A DNA stretch of 64,000 bases, taken from the NCBI GenBank assembly GCA_041660065.1, contig JBAZXC010000001.1, positions 8,535 to 72,534 of the forward strand. The letters are read 5' to 3'. The stretch comes from Parcubacteria group bacterium (GTDB taxonomy: Bacteria; Patescibacteriota; Minisyncoccia; Moranbacterales; GCA-2747515). Below are positions 19,022 through 28,252 of the stretch, piece after piece (the stretch's first letter is position 1; each line of letters starts with the position of its first letter). The notes under the pieces were generated by a model, which worked only from the letters and a program-made list of their open reading frames with translations, was not told the DNA's origin and searched no databases. Made by a program: the position numbers and the translations under genes.

Positions 19022-20690
19022 TTACAATAATAGAAATAATAATAATAATGGCTTCTGGGTGAAAAAAACGGTCTGGTTTTTTGCGATCGTGATCATTATT
19101 GGTGGCGGTGTGTGGTGGTATCTGACATCGCACAAAGGCGCGGTTTTGCAAAAGACGATCCAAATGGCGGACAATGTGCTTAAATTGGAGAAATTGGACG
19201 ATAGTACGCGTGCAAAATTTGGCGTGATCCAAGATATCGCCAATGCGATGCTTGTGCAAGATGATGTGACGCGCAGATATTTGGTGCTCCTTCAGAACAA
19301 TTTGGAATTGCGTCCGGGCGGTGGGTTTTTGGGTCAATATGCTGTTGTGGAAGTAAAAAATGGCGGAATTCTTTCATATAACATCGAGGATTCCAATGTA
19401 TTGGACAGCACATACCAATCCGATCGTTTGTTGTCGCTTTCTCTGCAGAGGTATTTGAGTGATACGAAGAAGATGAAATTTCGTGACAGTAATTATTCGC
19501 CGAATTTTCCGGAGAATGTGGCAGATGCGTTGCATTTCTATGCGCTTGCAGGGAGAGACGCTAATTTTGACGGTGTGTTTGCTGTGAATGCGTCACTGTT
19601 TGAAGACTTCCTTACGATCACCGGTCCGATCACGACGACAGAAAAAAATTATGAGGAGTATGGTGAATTTACGAGTGATGGTGGCTTGATGAAGTTGGAG
19701 CGTGTTGCAGAGGAGCCGTTTTTCCGCAGTGATGAGCGCAAAGCGTGTGAGAAAGATTTGCGGGAACGTGGCGTGGATGAAGAGCACATGGATGATCTGT
19801 GGAACGCATGTATCTATGATGCAAACGGCAAAAAGAAGAAATTAATGGATCATGGAGAGGAGGTTGCACGCAAAAATATTCTTAATGCAATTGCCAAGGA
19901 AATGATGCCAAAACTCATCAAGGTGGATAATATTGAACCGTTCATCATGATGGTGACTAAAAATTTGGCGGACAAAGATATCCAGTTATGGTTTAAAGAT
20001 GAAAAGTTACAACAATTGGCACGCAATGAGAATTGGACGGGCGAGGTAGATCAGAATTGGGATGGGGATTATGTAATGATCTCGGATGCCAATGTGGGTG
20101 CGCTCAAGTCTGATTTTTATATGAAACGGACAATGGAATATAAAGTGGATTTCACCGGCAAAAGTGCGGAAGCAAATGATGCGGCAGTGGGACGTATGGT
20201 GCGTTATATTACTGATGATGTAAAGGCGCAAGTCATGGGTGGGACATTTGTGACGGACTTACCTCTTGCCACGGCGCGCATGACATATGAAAATACGGCG
20301 ACAGAGGCAAGTTATTTCAATATGGATTATCATTCGTTTACGCGTCTGTATGTGCCGGAAGGAAGTAAATGGTATGTGCGCGAATGGTTTGAAGCGCCGG
20401 GACTTGATAATAATGTGTTTGGCAATAAACAAGTATACGGATATAAATTTGATGTATTACTCGGACAGACGATCCCGACGATGCTACAGTACACATTGCC
20501 AAGCAGGATCACTGAGAACGGATATAAGCTCAAGATTCAAAAACAATCCGGTATTGGCACAATACCGCTTACCGTGACGGTGATCGGATCAGATGGAAAA
20601 AAATATACCAAAGATGTGCAGTTTGAGCACGATATGATCTTTGAGCTTAAAGACACGGGTGGTGGCAAAGAATTGGTAGTCGTCGAGTAA
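19008..20690 (+). CDS. DUF4012-domain membrane-anchored protein
   Basis: YLVLLQNN.ELRPGGGF.G, RDSN.SP.FP, DGV.A, N....K.D, QKQSG. Confidence 0.85.
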   Translation: MRTNNYNNRNNNNNGFWVKKTVWFFAIVIIIGGGVWWYLTSHKGAVLQKTIQMADNVLKLEKLDDSTRAKFGVIQDIANAMLVQDDVTRRYLVLLQNNLELRPGGGFLGQYAVVEVKNGGILSYNIEDSNVLDSTYQSDRLLSLSLQRYLSDTKKMKFRDSNYSPNFPENVADALHFYALAGRDANFDGVFAVNASLFEDFLTITGPITTTEKNYEEYGEFTSDGGLMKLERVAEEPFFRSDERKACEKDLRERGVDEEHMDDLWNACIYDANGKKKKLMDHGEEVARKNILNAIAKEMMPKLIKVDNIEPFIMMVTKNLADKDIQLWFKDEKLQQLARNENWTGEVDQNWDGDYVMISDANVGALKSDFYMKRTMEYKVDFTGKSAEANDAAVGRMVRYITDDVKAQVMGGTFVTDLPLATARMTYENTATEASYFNMDYHSFTRLYVPEGSKWYVREWFEAPGLDNNVFGNKQVYGYKFDVLLGQTIPTMLQYTLPSRITENGYKLKIQKQSGIGTIPLTVTVIGSDGKKYTKDVQFEHDMIFELKDTGGGKELVVVE

Positions 20691-20693
20691 AAT

Positions 20694-20720
20694 GTCATTC
20701 CGACCGGAGCGGAGGAATCT
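20694..20720. repeat. Left REP-like arm of the GIY-YIG module
   Basis: GTCATTCCGACCGGAGCGGAGGAATCT. Confidence 0.7.
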
Positions 20721-20752
20721 TGCATCGAAGTTAATCAATGTGACTTTTTTAT

Positions 20753-21040
20753 ATGAAACAATATTACGTGTACATATTATCAAGTCGCACAAAGGTCTTA
20801 TATATTGGCATGACGAGCAATCTCTGTAAGCGTGTGTGGGAACATAAGACAAAATGTGTTGATGGATTTACAAAAAAATATCATATTGATCAATTGGTGT
20901 ATTTTGAACAAACAGGAGATGTGATCAGTGCTATTGCACGTGAAAAACAACTTAAAAAATGGCGACGAGAGAAAAAGATTTTTCTTATTGAAAAAATGAA
21001 TCCTATATGGGACGATCTGTATGATAAAATTCAATGTTAA
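20753..21040 (+). CDS. GIY-YIG nuclease family protein (UPF0213-like)
   Basis: YYVYIL, LYIGMT.NL..R..EH, FTKKY, AI.REKQLK.W.R.KK..LI...NP.W.DL. Confidence 0.92.
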   Translation: MKQYYVYILSSRTKVLYIGMTSNLCKRVWEHKTKCVDGFTKKYHIDQLVYFEQTGDVISAIAREKQLKKWRREKKIFLIEKMNPIWDDLYDKIQC

Positions 21041-21046
21041 GTTTTT

Positions 21047-21120
21047 AGATCTCTCGACAAGCTCGAGATGACAAGCAGAGTGTCATTCCGACCGTAGTGT
21101 AAACGGAGTGGAGGAATCTC
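21047..21120. repeat. Right REP-like arm plus an extra left-type arm
   Basis: AGATCTCTCGACAAGCTCGAGATGAC then GTCATTCCGACCGTAGTG...GGAGGAATCTC. Confidence 0.7.
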
Positions 21121-21216
21121 AGGCATGCCACCGAATTGACTGAAACGGAGAAATCTAAAAATGCGATACAAAAGAAAACAGGGATCGTTTCGTAGGAAAC
21201 GGTCCCTGGTGGATTT

Positions 21217-21839
21217 TTAGGAGGAAATAGTGACGGGGTCACCCTCATGCGTCCATGTGAATAGCCATGCAGCATCAGACATTAGGAGACGAATGCATCC
21301 GTGTGATGCAGGTTTTCCTGGCATATTCTGGTGATGAAAAAATATTCCTCTTTCAGTGAGACGCTGTGCATAGAGCATTGGTGCGCCATATGATTCCGGA
21401 TCATGGGAAAAATAATTTTTGTGTTTCGCCATGATGTGAAAGTTGCCGGTTTTTGTGGGATGCTTTCCGCCAGATGAAATGGGTCCCCAATGGATCAGCT
21501 TGCCATATTCATATGCACCAAAATATTGTGTATTGAGAAATACAAATGCTTTTCGCGCCTCATGCTGTGCATGTGGCATATTTTGTGGGACGGGACAATA
21601 ATTTGGAATGTTATTGTGGTCTGCCGGGATCAAAATTTCATGACCAATTTGGATATTGGTCGGATCGATCCCGTTGAGTTTCATGATGATCGGCCAAGAG
21701 CCTTTTGGCGCGATCTTGCTCAGGGTGTCGCCTTCTTTTGTGACGTACACAACAAATCCTTTCGGTATTTCTCTACAGAAAGCGGATGATGTAAAAAAAT
21801 CAACCCCAAAACCAGTCCCAAAAACAACATATTTTTCAT
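21217..21839 (-). CDS. LysM + L,D-transpeptidase (YkuD) protein, frameshifted in the signal-peptide region
   Basis: GDTL..IA LysM; H...PASHGCIRL; AAGGAGG RBS and ATG at 21839 are out of frame by one base at a T7 run. Confidence 0.8.
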
Positions 21840-22053
21840 GGATCCTCCTTTTGATAGAGTGTATTTTTTATTCTGTTTTTAAATAAACAAATTCCAGTCA
21901 GTATACGCGAGCATTTACGTTTTGTCAATATTTGTGACTTGGTGTGAGTTATCCACAATCATCGCAATAGTTCATTTTCAGTTCATCTCCATGTTCGTTT
22001 TATTTTATTTTTCATATATATAATACAAAACATAAAAAGAAATATATTATCAT

Positions 22054-25000
22054 ATGAAAAAGATCCTTTCGCGAGGGGTTTCTGTCATTCTGATCGTTTC
22101 CATCATTTTCAGTCCACTCCATATCGCATGTATTGATTTTTTACAGCACTTTGTCCAAGTGACGTATGCTGATGACTTGGAAGATCTCTCCATTACAGAA
22201 ATGGTCACATGGAACAGTGACACGGATCTCAGTATGTACAATACAATATATGCAGAAACCAACGCAATTATCAATATTGAGCCTGGATCAACGATCAAAA
22301 TACGCAATCTTATCCTATATGAAAATGCTATTATCAATGCAGTTGGCACATCTGAAAAACCGATCACAATCACGCAGTTGCCGATAAATGCTGTAGCGAA
22401 TGGAGAATATGATGCAGAATGCATTCAACAACCTGCAGGGACGATTTCTCTTGAACAGGATCCGCTCAGTTTGACTGAATCTATTTTTTCCTATGTAACT
22501 TTTGAGAATATGGGCACATACATTGACATGAGCCCCGGTAACTACAATTGTCCTGCCATGGTAAGAAATGATCGCATCTTTCCTTCTCTTGCAAAAACTG
22601 CGTACGCGGCAAAACCTGCAGAATATTATGATCCATATGACAATGACCCGATCAAGTCATCGCCAGCCGTTTACTATGAGTCAGGTCGTGTAACCATGAC
22701 AAATTGCACGTTTAAAAACAATGAATTCGCGGATGTCTTGGTAAATATGGAAATTTATGAAGATGCAGATCGTGACAATCATCTTACGATCAAAAACTCC
22801 AATTTTGGAGAAAATAAAAAAAATATCGCTGTACGGTCGCGTGTGGTGGATATGAATCGTTACTACGAATATTTTGATGAGCGTTACGCTCTATGTCTCG
22901 CAACATTTCCTCCAGGGTATCAGTGGTGGGAAAAATACGAATACTGCTCTCTTCGCGCAACAGGGGAAGCGGATGATAACGAAATGCTTTTTGATGATGG
23001 GAGAGTAACTTTGACGAATAATTGGTACGGTCATGAAAATGGTCCCGACACCTCACATATCGAATGGGGTGGCCAAGGTGACCGTGTGTATGGCAATCTC
23101 ACATTGGATGGATTTCGTCTAACACCGGACATGGCGTCAAACGTCCTCTTCCTCCCGGGAATCAAAGCGAGTCGATTGTACAAAGAGAGAAGTGTTTTGG
23201 GTGTCGATAAATTGTGGCCGCCAAATAATTATGTGGACGTCGATGATCTCATGCTTGATGATGATGGAGAGAGCATGAAAAATGTTTTTACGGAAGATGT
23301 CATTGATGAGATTGGCGCGCCTATTGTCGGCGGTAATATTTATAAATCTTTTGTGGGCGATCTGCAGGATATGAAAGATGAGAGTGTTATCGCGGATTTT
23401 TCCACATATGCATATGACTGGCGGTATGATATGCAAGATATCGTACAAAATGGCACAGCGTATCCCAGCGATGAGACTAAAAATGTGATCAGTGAAATCG
23501 AACGCCTCGCACAGTCATCGATAAGCGGAAAAGTGACGATCGTAGCTCATTCCATGGGCGGTCTTTTGACAAAAGCGGCAATGCAGGAATTGGAAAGGCA
23601 GGGAAAATCAGCATTGGTCGATACGATCGTTCTCGTAGATTCTCCGCAAATGGGCACACCACAAGCAATTCCCGCTCTATTGCATGGCTATGATGAGGGA
23701 TTGCCAATTCCGGGGCTCATGAGTGATTTCCAGGCGCGAAAATTTGCAGAAAATATGTCTAGCGCATATGGGCTCTTGCCATCGAAAGAATATTTTGACC
23801 GCACAGAAGAACCGGTCATTGATTTTGATACGGCGTTGGAACCGTATAAGAAGTACAAAGATGCATATGGAAATACGATTGGAAACTTTACGGAATTCAG
23901 GGATTTTGCATTGGGGAAAAAGGATGATCGTGAAAAACCGGACGTGGCAGATTTGGTGAGTGCAAACATTCTTAACGAAAAACTTTTTGACAAGGCAGCC
24001 GATCTTCATGATCACATTGATGCGTGGACGCCATCAGAAGACATTAAAGTGATCCAAATTGGTGGATGGGGATTGGACACGATGCGTGGTGTGACATATA
24101 CGACAGTAAAAGAAAAAGTGTGCACCGAAGAATGGTCGCCGTATGTCGGAGAAGGAACGCAGAGAACGTGCGAGATCGTGGATACGCCAAACATCGAACC
24201 ACAGTTTACCGTGGATGGAGATGCCGTTGTCACGACGCCAAGTTCTCTCATGTTGCCAATTGCGGATAATATTGAGAAATATTGGGTGGATTTATTCGAT
24301 AAGAACTATGGATTAAGAAAAAACAGGGAGCATAAAGATATTTTGGAGGTGGAATCTGTTAGAGGCTTCATATCTGAAATTATTAAAACTCACAAATCTC
24401 CAGAAGTTCTTCCACAGTATATTTCTACAAAACGACCGGATGATTCTGCTATTGATGATGCTAATCCTCGTATTCGCATGTCTCTCTATTCTCCACTTGA
24501 CATCCATCTCTATGACGAACACGGCAATCACACAGGACCCGTTACGACAACATTGGACGGAGAAGAGATCATCAGTATTGAAGAAAACATCCCCAATAGC
24601 TACTATGCGGTATTGGGTGAACATAAATACGTCGGATGGGGGACGGACGATGATGTGCGTGTAGAGTTGGACGGTTATGGCAGCGGGTCATATACGGTAA
24701 ACGTGCAAGAGATCCATATCACAGACACAGGAGAGCGAGAAGGGGACAGTACTACATTTGAACATCTCCCCACAAGCGCTGACATGATAGTCAGTTTCAC
24801 TGTGCCGAGAGGAGGCATCGCAGATATGAGCGATTTCACAGCAGACTATGATGGTGACGGTACGATCGATTATACGATCACACCACAAATAAACAGCAGT
24901 GCAACGCTGGAAGAGAAGGATCATTCAGAACCAGATGATGACGCGGATGCAGATACAGAAAACACCACAGAAGAGCAACCACAAAAAGCATCGATTGATT

Positions 25001-25515
25001 CATGGAAAGCGTATCAATACATGACGCAGCGCAAAAGTTGTCCGATCAAACTCATACTCACTCTCAACGGGAAACACTTTGATAAAGATGGTATAATACG
25101 CATAGGTGATGTGAAGGGTAAAGATATAAAACGTGATTCGCACAGAAAGATCACTGCAACATTCTGCATGAAAGATCTGCAAAGGGCAAAGACGAACTCT
25201 CTCAAAACGATCAGCATAGAAAATCCCGACACAAAACGTGACAAAGCAGATAAAAAGATCGATATCACAAAAATTCCCTGGAAAATCACAGCGGAGGAGA
25301 TCCGATCTGCGAATGTCTACACTCCAGAAGGGATCATCGTTATACAAAAAGCGTTGAATAGTTTTGGTTATATGAGTGCAGGTCAGATCAATGATAATGA
25401 TGATGAGGCAGCTCAAAAAGCGATCATGCAATTCCAAAAAGACCATGATCTGCCACAGACAGGATTCTGTGGGGAGATGACAAAAAAGAAAATTATTGAA
25501 GATATTAAAAAATGA
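22054..25515 (+). CDS. Large secreted multidomain protein: beta-helix-like region, LCAT/PGAP1-type alpha/beta hydrolase, C-terminal peptidoglycan-binding domain
   Basis: Signal peptide; VLFLPGIKAS.L, YDWR, AHSMGG, P..GTP.A, GD..V, H; Q.AL...GY...AI..FQ..H.L..TG. Confidence 0.8.
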   Translation: MKKILSRGVSVILIVSIIFSPLHIACIDFLQHFVQVTYADDLEDLSITEMVTWNSDTDLSMYNTIYAETNAIINIEPGSTIKIRNLILYENAIINAVGTSEKPITITQLPINAVANGEYDAECIQQPAGTISLEQDPLSLTESIFSYVTFENMGTYIDMSPGNYNCPAMVRNDRIFPSLAKTAYAAKPAEYYDPYDNDPIKSSPAVYYESGRVTMTNCTFKNNEFADVLVNMEIYEDADRDNHLTIKNSNFGENKKNIAVRSRVVDMNRYYEYFDERYALCLATFPPGYQWWEKYEYCSLRATGEADDNEMLFDDGRVTLTNNWYGHENGPDTSHIEWGGQGDRVYGNLTLDGFRLTPDMASNVLFLPGIKASRLYKERSVLGVDKLWPPNNYVDVDDLMLDDDGESMKNVFTEDVIDEIGAPIVGGNIYKSFVGDLQDMKDESVIADFSTYAYDWRYDMQDIVQNGTAYPSDETKNVISEIERLAQSSISGKVTIVAHSMGGLLTKAAMQELERQGKSALVDTIVLVDSPQMGTPQAIPALLHGYDEGLPIPGLMSDFQARKFAENMSSAYGLLPSKEYFDRTEEPVIDFDTALEPYKKYKDAYGNTIGNFTEFRDFALGKKDDREKPDVADLVSANILNEKLFDKAADLHDHIDAWTPSEDIKVIQIGGWGLDTMRGVTYTTVKEKVCTEEWSPYVGEGTQRTCEIVDTPNIEPQFTVDGDAVVTTPSSLMLPIADNIEKYWVDLFDKNYGLRKNREHKDILEVESVRGFISEIIKTHKSPEVLPQYISTKRPDDSAIDDANPRIRMSLYSPLDIHLYDEHGNHTGPVTTTLDGEEIISIEENIPNSYYAVLGEHKYVGWGTDDDVRVELDGYGSGSYTVNVQEIHITDTGEREGDSTTFEHLPTSADMIVSFTVPRGGIADMSDFTADYDGDGTIDYTITPQINSSATLEEKDHSEPDDDADADTENTTEEQPQKASIDSWKAYQYMTQRKSCPIKLILTLNGKHFDKDGIIRIGDVKGKDIKRDSHRKITATFCMKDLQRAKTNSLKTISIENPDTKRDKADKKIDITKIPWKITAEEIRSANVYTPEGIIVIQKALNSFGYMSAGQINDNDDEAAQKAIMQFQKDHDLPQTGFCGEMTKKKIIEDIKK

Positions 25516-25540
25516 TTATCAATTTATGGTGAAAATAAAT

Positions 25541-25939
25541 ATGAAGAAAGTGGGAATATTAACAATAAGTGGAATTATTGCGGTCATCGGCATGGTGTAT
25601 TATCAATATTTGTGTTCATCAATACATAATAAATTATGTGTAACAACACATTATAGTGCAACTGTTTTTGAACCACTGCTCTTGGCTGTCATTAGTATTT
25701 TTTCTGTTTCCATTTTCACTTTCTTTATCTCTGATAAAATCTTCAAAAAATGGACAACGTTTACGATCGTGTGGTTTATTTTTGATGCGATCTTCATTGT
25801 TCTTGCACCGACGAGCTCTCCTTATTTTTATGGGGGTCCGGACAAAGAATCCATTTCCATTTGGATGGGGTCTCTCTTTGTTATCATTAGCTTCCTCATG
25901 TTTATCATTGTGACGATCAAGGAACGAAGGAAAAAATAG
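25541..25939 (+). CDS. Small multi-TM membrane protein
   Basis: Hydrophobic ORF directly downstream of the lipase-domain gene. Confidence 0.65.
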   Translation: MKKVGILTISGIIAVIGMVYYQYLCSSIHNKLCVTTHYSATVFEPLLLAVISIFSVSIFTFFISDKIFKKWTTFTIVWFIFDAIFIVLAPTSSPYFYGGPDKESISIWMGSLFVIISFLMFIIVTIKERRKK

Positions 25940-26046
25940 GAAAAAAGATGTCTGTCTCCTTGTCCTTATATCGTTTGGCGTGATACCATGAGAGTGTTTA
26001 TACATAAAGAAAAACTCGTTAATTCGGAAATGCTCTAATTCGTTAA

Positions 26047-27285
26047 TTGTTTATTGTGAATCTCTATCTGATCAAATTAGGCAAGGCGTGGCAGGTGATC
26101 AAACGTGATGGCGTCTGCAGAGGTCTTCAGCGTGTTTTTGGAGCGCTTTTTTCGATGTTTCGCACCGTTGGTAGGGGGGATATCCTTTTTATTTCCGGTG
26201 GCATCGGGGACAGTGCACTCTACCGTACTGTGCATGTTGCCGAGGAATTGCGACTCAATGGATTCCGATGTTCAGTGACGATACAAGATAATCCGTTTCT
26301 CTCTTCGTATGTAGATAAATTTTCGGTTTTTGTCTTTCATCGTACGCTCTATACGGAGAAAGTAAAAAAAATGATCGATGCGATCAAAGCGCAGGATAAA
26401 GTGATCATTTTTGATACTGATGATCTCGTGTATGATCCCAAGTATTTATCTCTCATGGATTATTATCAAAAGATGAATTCTTTGGAAAAAAAGTTATATC
26501 AAAACGGTCTCGGAGGGGAGATTCTGCGAGATCAATATGTGAAAGTCGCCACGACGACTACGAGTTTTCTCGCGGAGAAGTTGCGTGCGGAAGGGAAGGA
26601 AGTTTTTATTGTGCCAAACAAACTTTCTGTCAAAGATGTGCGAGATGCAGAAAAAGTGTGTAAGATTCCGGATCACCTGCCCGCAGTGCATATGCATACA
26701 CACGCATTGCAGGCGGGAGTCCGGAATGACAAGGGTATTATTCGATTGGGATATTTTAGCGGTACGATCAGTCACAATAAGGACTTTGCGACGATCACAG
26801 ATGCATTGATGCGCATAATGGAAAAGTATCCGCATGTTGAATTGTTGCTGGTCGGTCCGCTTGATGTGGAAAGTATCCTTGTGCAAAAATTTAGAGAGAG
26901 GATCGTGCAATTGCCATATGCGTTGCGTGCCCAGCATTTTGCAAATGTTGCAAAATGTGACATCAATCTTGCGCCACTGGAGAAAGATAATCCATTCTGC
27001 GAAGCAAAGTCAGAGTTGAAGTTTTTTGAAGCGGGTATCGTTTTTGTGCCGACGGTTGCAGTGGCAAATCGGACATTTGCAGAGGCTGTGCAGGATGGTG
27101 TGGATGGGTTTGTCGCACATGGAACAGACGAGTGGGTGGAGAAATTATCACAACTTATTGAAAATAAAAAAATGCGCAAGAATATGGGTGAAAGAGCACA
27201 CCGCACAGCAGTGGAGCGCCACACAACGCAAAATGCAAAAAATTTACAGTACTATGAATATTTGAGAGAAAGGATAGGGAAATAA
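26047..27285 (+). CDS. Glycosyltransferase (GT4-like) carrying an in-frame palindromic insertion
   Basis: IFDTDDL, GYFSGT.SH..DF, LAPL....F.EAKSELK..EAG. Confidence 0.85.
   Translation: MFIVNLYLIKLGKAWQVIKRDGVCRGLQRVFGALFSMFRTVGRGDILFISGGIGDSALYRTVHVAEELRLNGFRCSVTIQDNPFLSSYVDKFSVFVFHRTLYTEKVKKMIDAIKAQDKVIIFDTDDLVYDPKYLSLMDYYQKMNSLEKKLYQNGLGGEILRDQYVKVATTTTSFLAEKLRAEGKEVFIVPNKLSVKDVRDAEKVCKIPDHLPAVHMHTHALQAGVRNDKGIIRLGYFSGTISHNKDFATITDALMRIMEKYPHVELLLVGPLDVESILVQKFRERIVQLPYALRAQHFANVAKCDINLAPLEKDNPFCEAKSELKFFEAGIVFVPTVAVANRTFAEAVQDGVDGFVAHGTDEWVEKLSQLIENKKMRKNMGERAHRTAVERHTTQNAKNLQYYEYLRERIGK
26663..26730. repeat. Intragenic nested palindrome (REP arm containing a CCTGCCCG...CAGGCGGG insert)
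   Basis: AGATTCCGGATCA[42 bp]AGTCCGGAATGAC. Confidence 0.8.
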
Positions 27286-27480
27286 AATTCCCCTTCATTT
27301 CCCTTTACAAAAGGGAAAAATTTTCTCCCTTTTGTAAAGGGAGATGTCCGAAGGACAGAGGGATTTACAACTTTCTATTTTGCAAAGGGAATTGCCTGCC
27401 CGCAGTACTTTTGCACGTGCAATGCAGGCGGGGAGGGATTGGGAACTCTCCCTTTCGTAAAGGGAGTTGGAGGGATTTTT
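27286..27480. repeat. CCCTTT(N)AAAGGG hairpin cluster, left of the DUF559 gene
   Basis: Multiple CTCCCTTTTG(T/C)AAAGGGAG units; 27323-27370 is identical to 27994-28041. Confidence 0.85.
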
Positions 27481-27491
27481 GTAAAAACCAT

Positions 27492-27854
27492 ATGCTCAAG
27501 CATTATAATGCATATCTAAAAAGGAATGCACGAACCCTTCGTAAGAATATGACGAAAGCTGAGGTGATTCTGTGGAGTATAATTCGCAGGAAACAAATCT
27601 GCAATGTGCAGTTTTATCGTCAAAAACCTTTGGGAAAATATATTGTGGATTTTTATTGTCCTTCGAGAAATTTGGTCATTGAGATTGATGGAGGACATCA
27701 TTATGAGGATGGAGAAATTATTGATGATGATCTACAAAGGGAAAAATTTTTAAGAACGGAATTACGTTTAAAAGTTTTACGATTTACAAATGATGATATT
27801 TGTAAAAATTTGACTTCTGTGGTCGATAAGATTATTGAGGAGTTGGGTCAGTAG
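27492..27854 (+). CDS. DUF559 / Vsr-like endonuclease domain protein
   Basis: AR.LRKNMT.AE..LW, F.RQ.P.G.YIVDFYC, LVIEIDGG.H, VLRF.N. Confidence 0.92.
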   Translation: MLKHYNAYLKRNARTLRKNMTKAEVILWSIIRRKQICNVQFYRQKPLGKYIVDFYCPSRNLVIEIDGGHHYEDGEIIDDDLQREKFLRTELRLKVLRFTNDDICKNLTSVVDKIIEELGQ

Positions 27855-27855
27855 A

Positions 27856-28190
27856 AAATCCCCCTAACCCCCTTTGCAAAAGGGGGAAATATTAAATCTC
27901 CCTCAGTCCCTCTTTACAAAAGAGGGAAGTTCTCAAATCTCCCTCAGTCCCTGCCTACCGGCAGGCAGGCCTCTTTACAAAAGAGGGAAGAAATTCTCCC
28001 TTTTGTAAAGGGAGATGTCCGAAGGACAGAGGGATTTACAATTCTCTATTGTACAAAGGGATTAAGAACCCCCCCTTTTTTTTGCAAAAGTGGGTTGCCT
28101 GCCTGCCACCTGCCTGCCGGTAGGCAGGGTAGGCAGGGGGGGGGATTGGGAACTCTCCCTTTTGCAAAGGGAGTTGGAGGGATTTTTCTA
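27856..28190. repeat. CCCTTT(N)AAAGGG hairpin cluster, right of the DUF559 gene, with 20-bp palindrome inserts
   Basis: Tandem hairpin units; inserts at 27950-27969 and 28098-28137. Confidence 0.85.
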
Positions 28191-28252
28191 TTCATGCTAT
28201 AATAAAAATGCCTAAGACAAGGCTTTTTTGGTATGAACTTTAGGAAAAATAC

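Noticed and set aside
21949-21957. DnaA box TTATCCACA suggesting oriC
   Set aside because: Single intergenic copy; no box cluster and no dnaA/dnaN nearby
27411-27491. N-terminal extensions of the DUF559 ORF (and of wzt at 31445-31519) in the ORF track
   Set aside because: They are translations of upstream repeat DNA; family homology begins at ATG 27492 and ATG 31520
27286-28190. CRISPR-like array from repeated hairpins
   Set aside because: Units are degenerate, occur in both orientations and lack regular unique spacers
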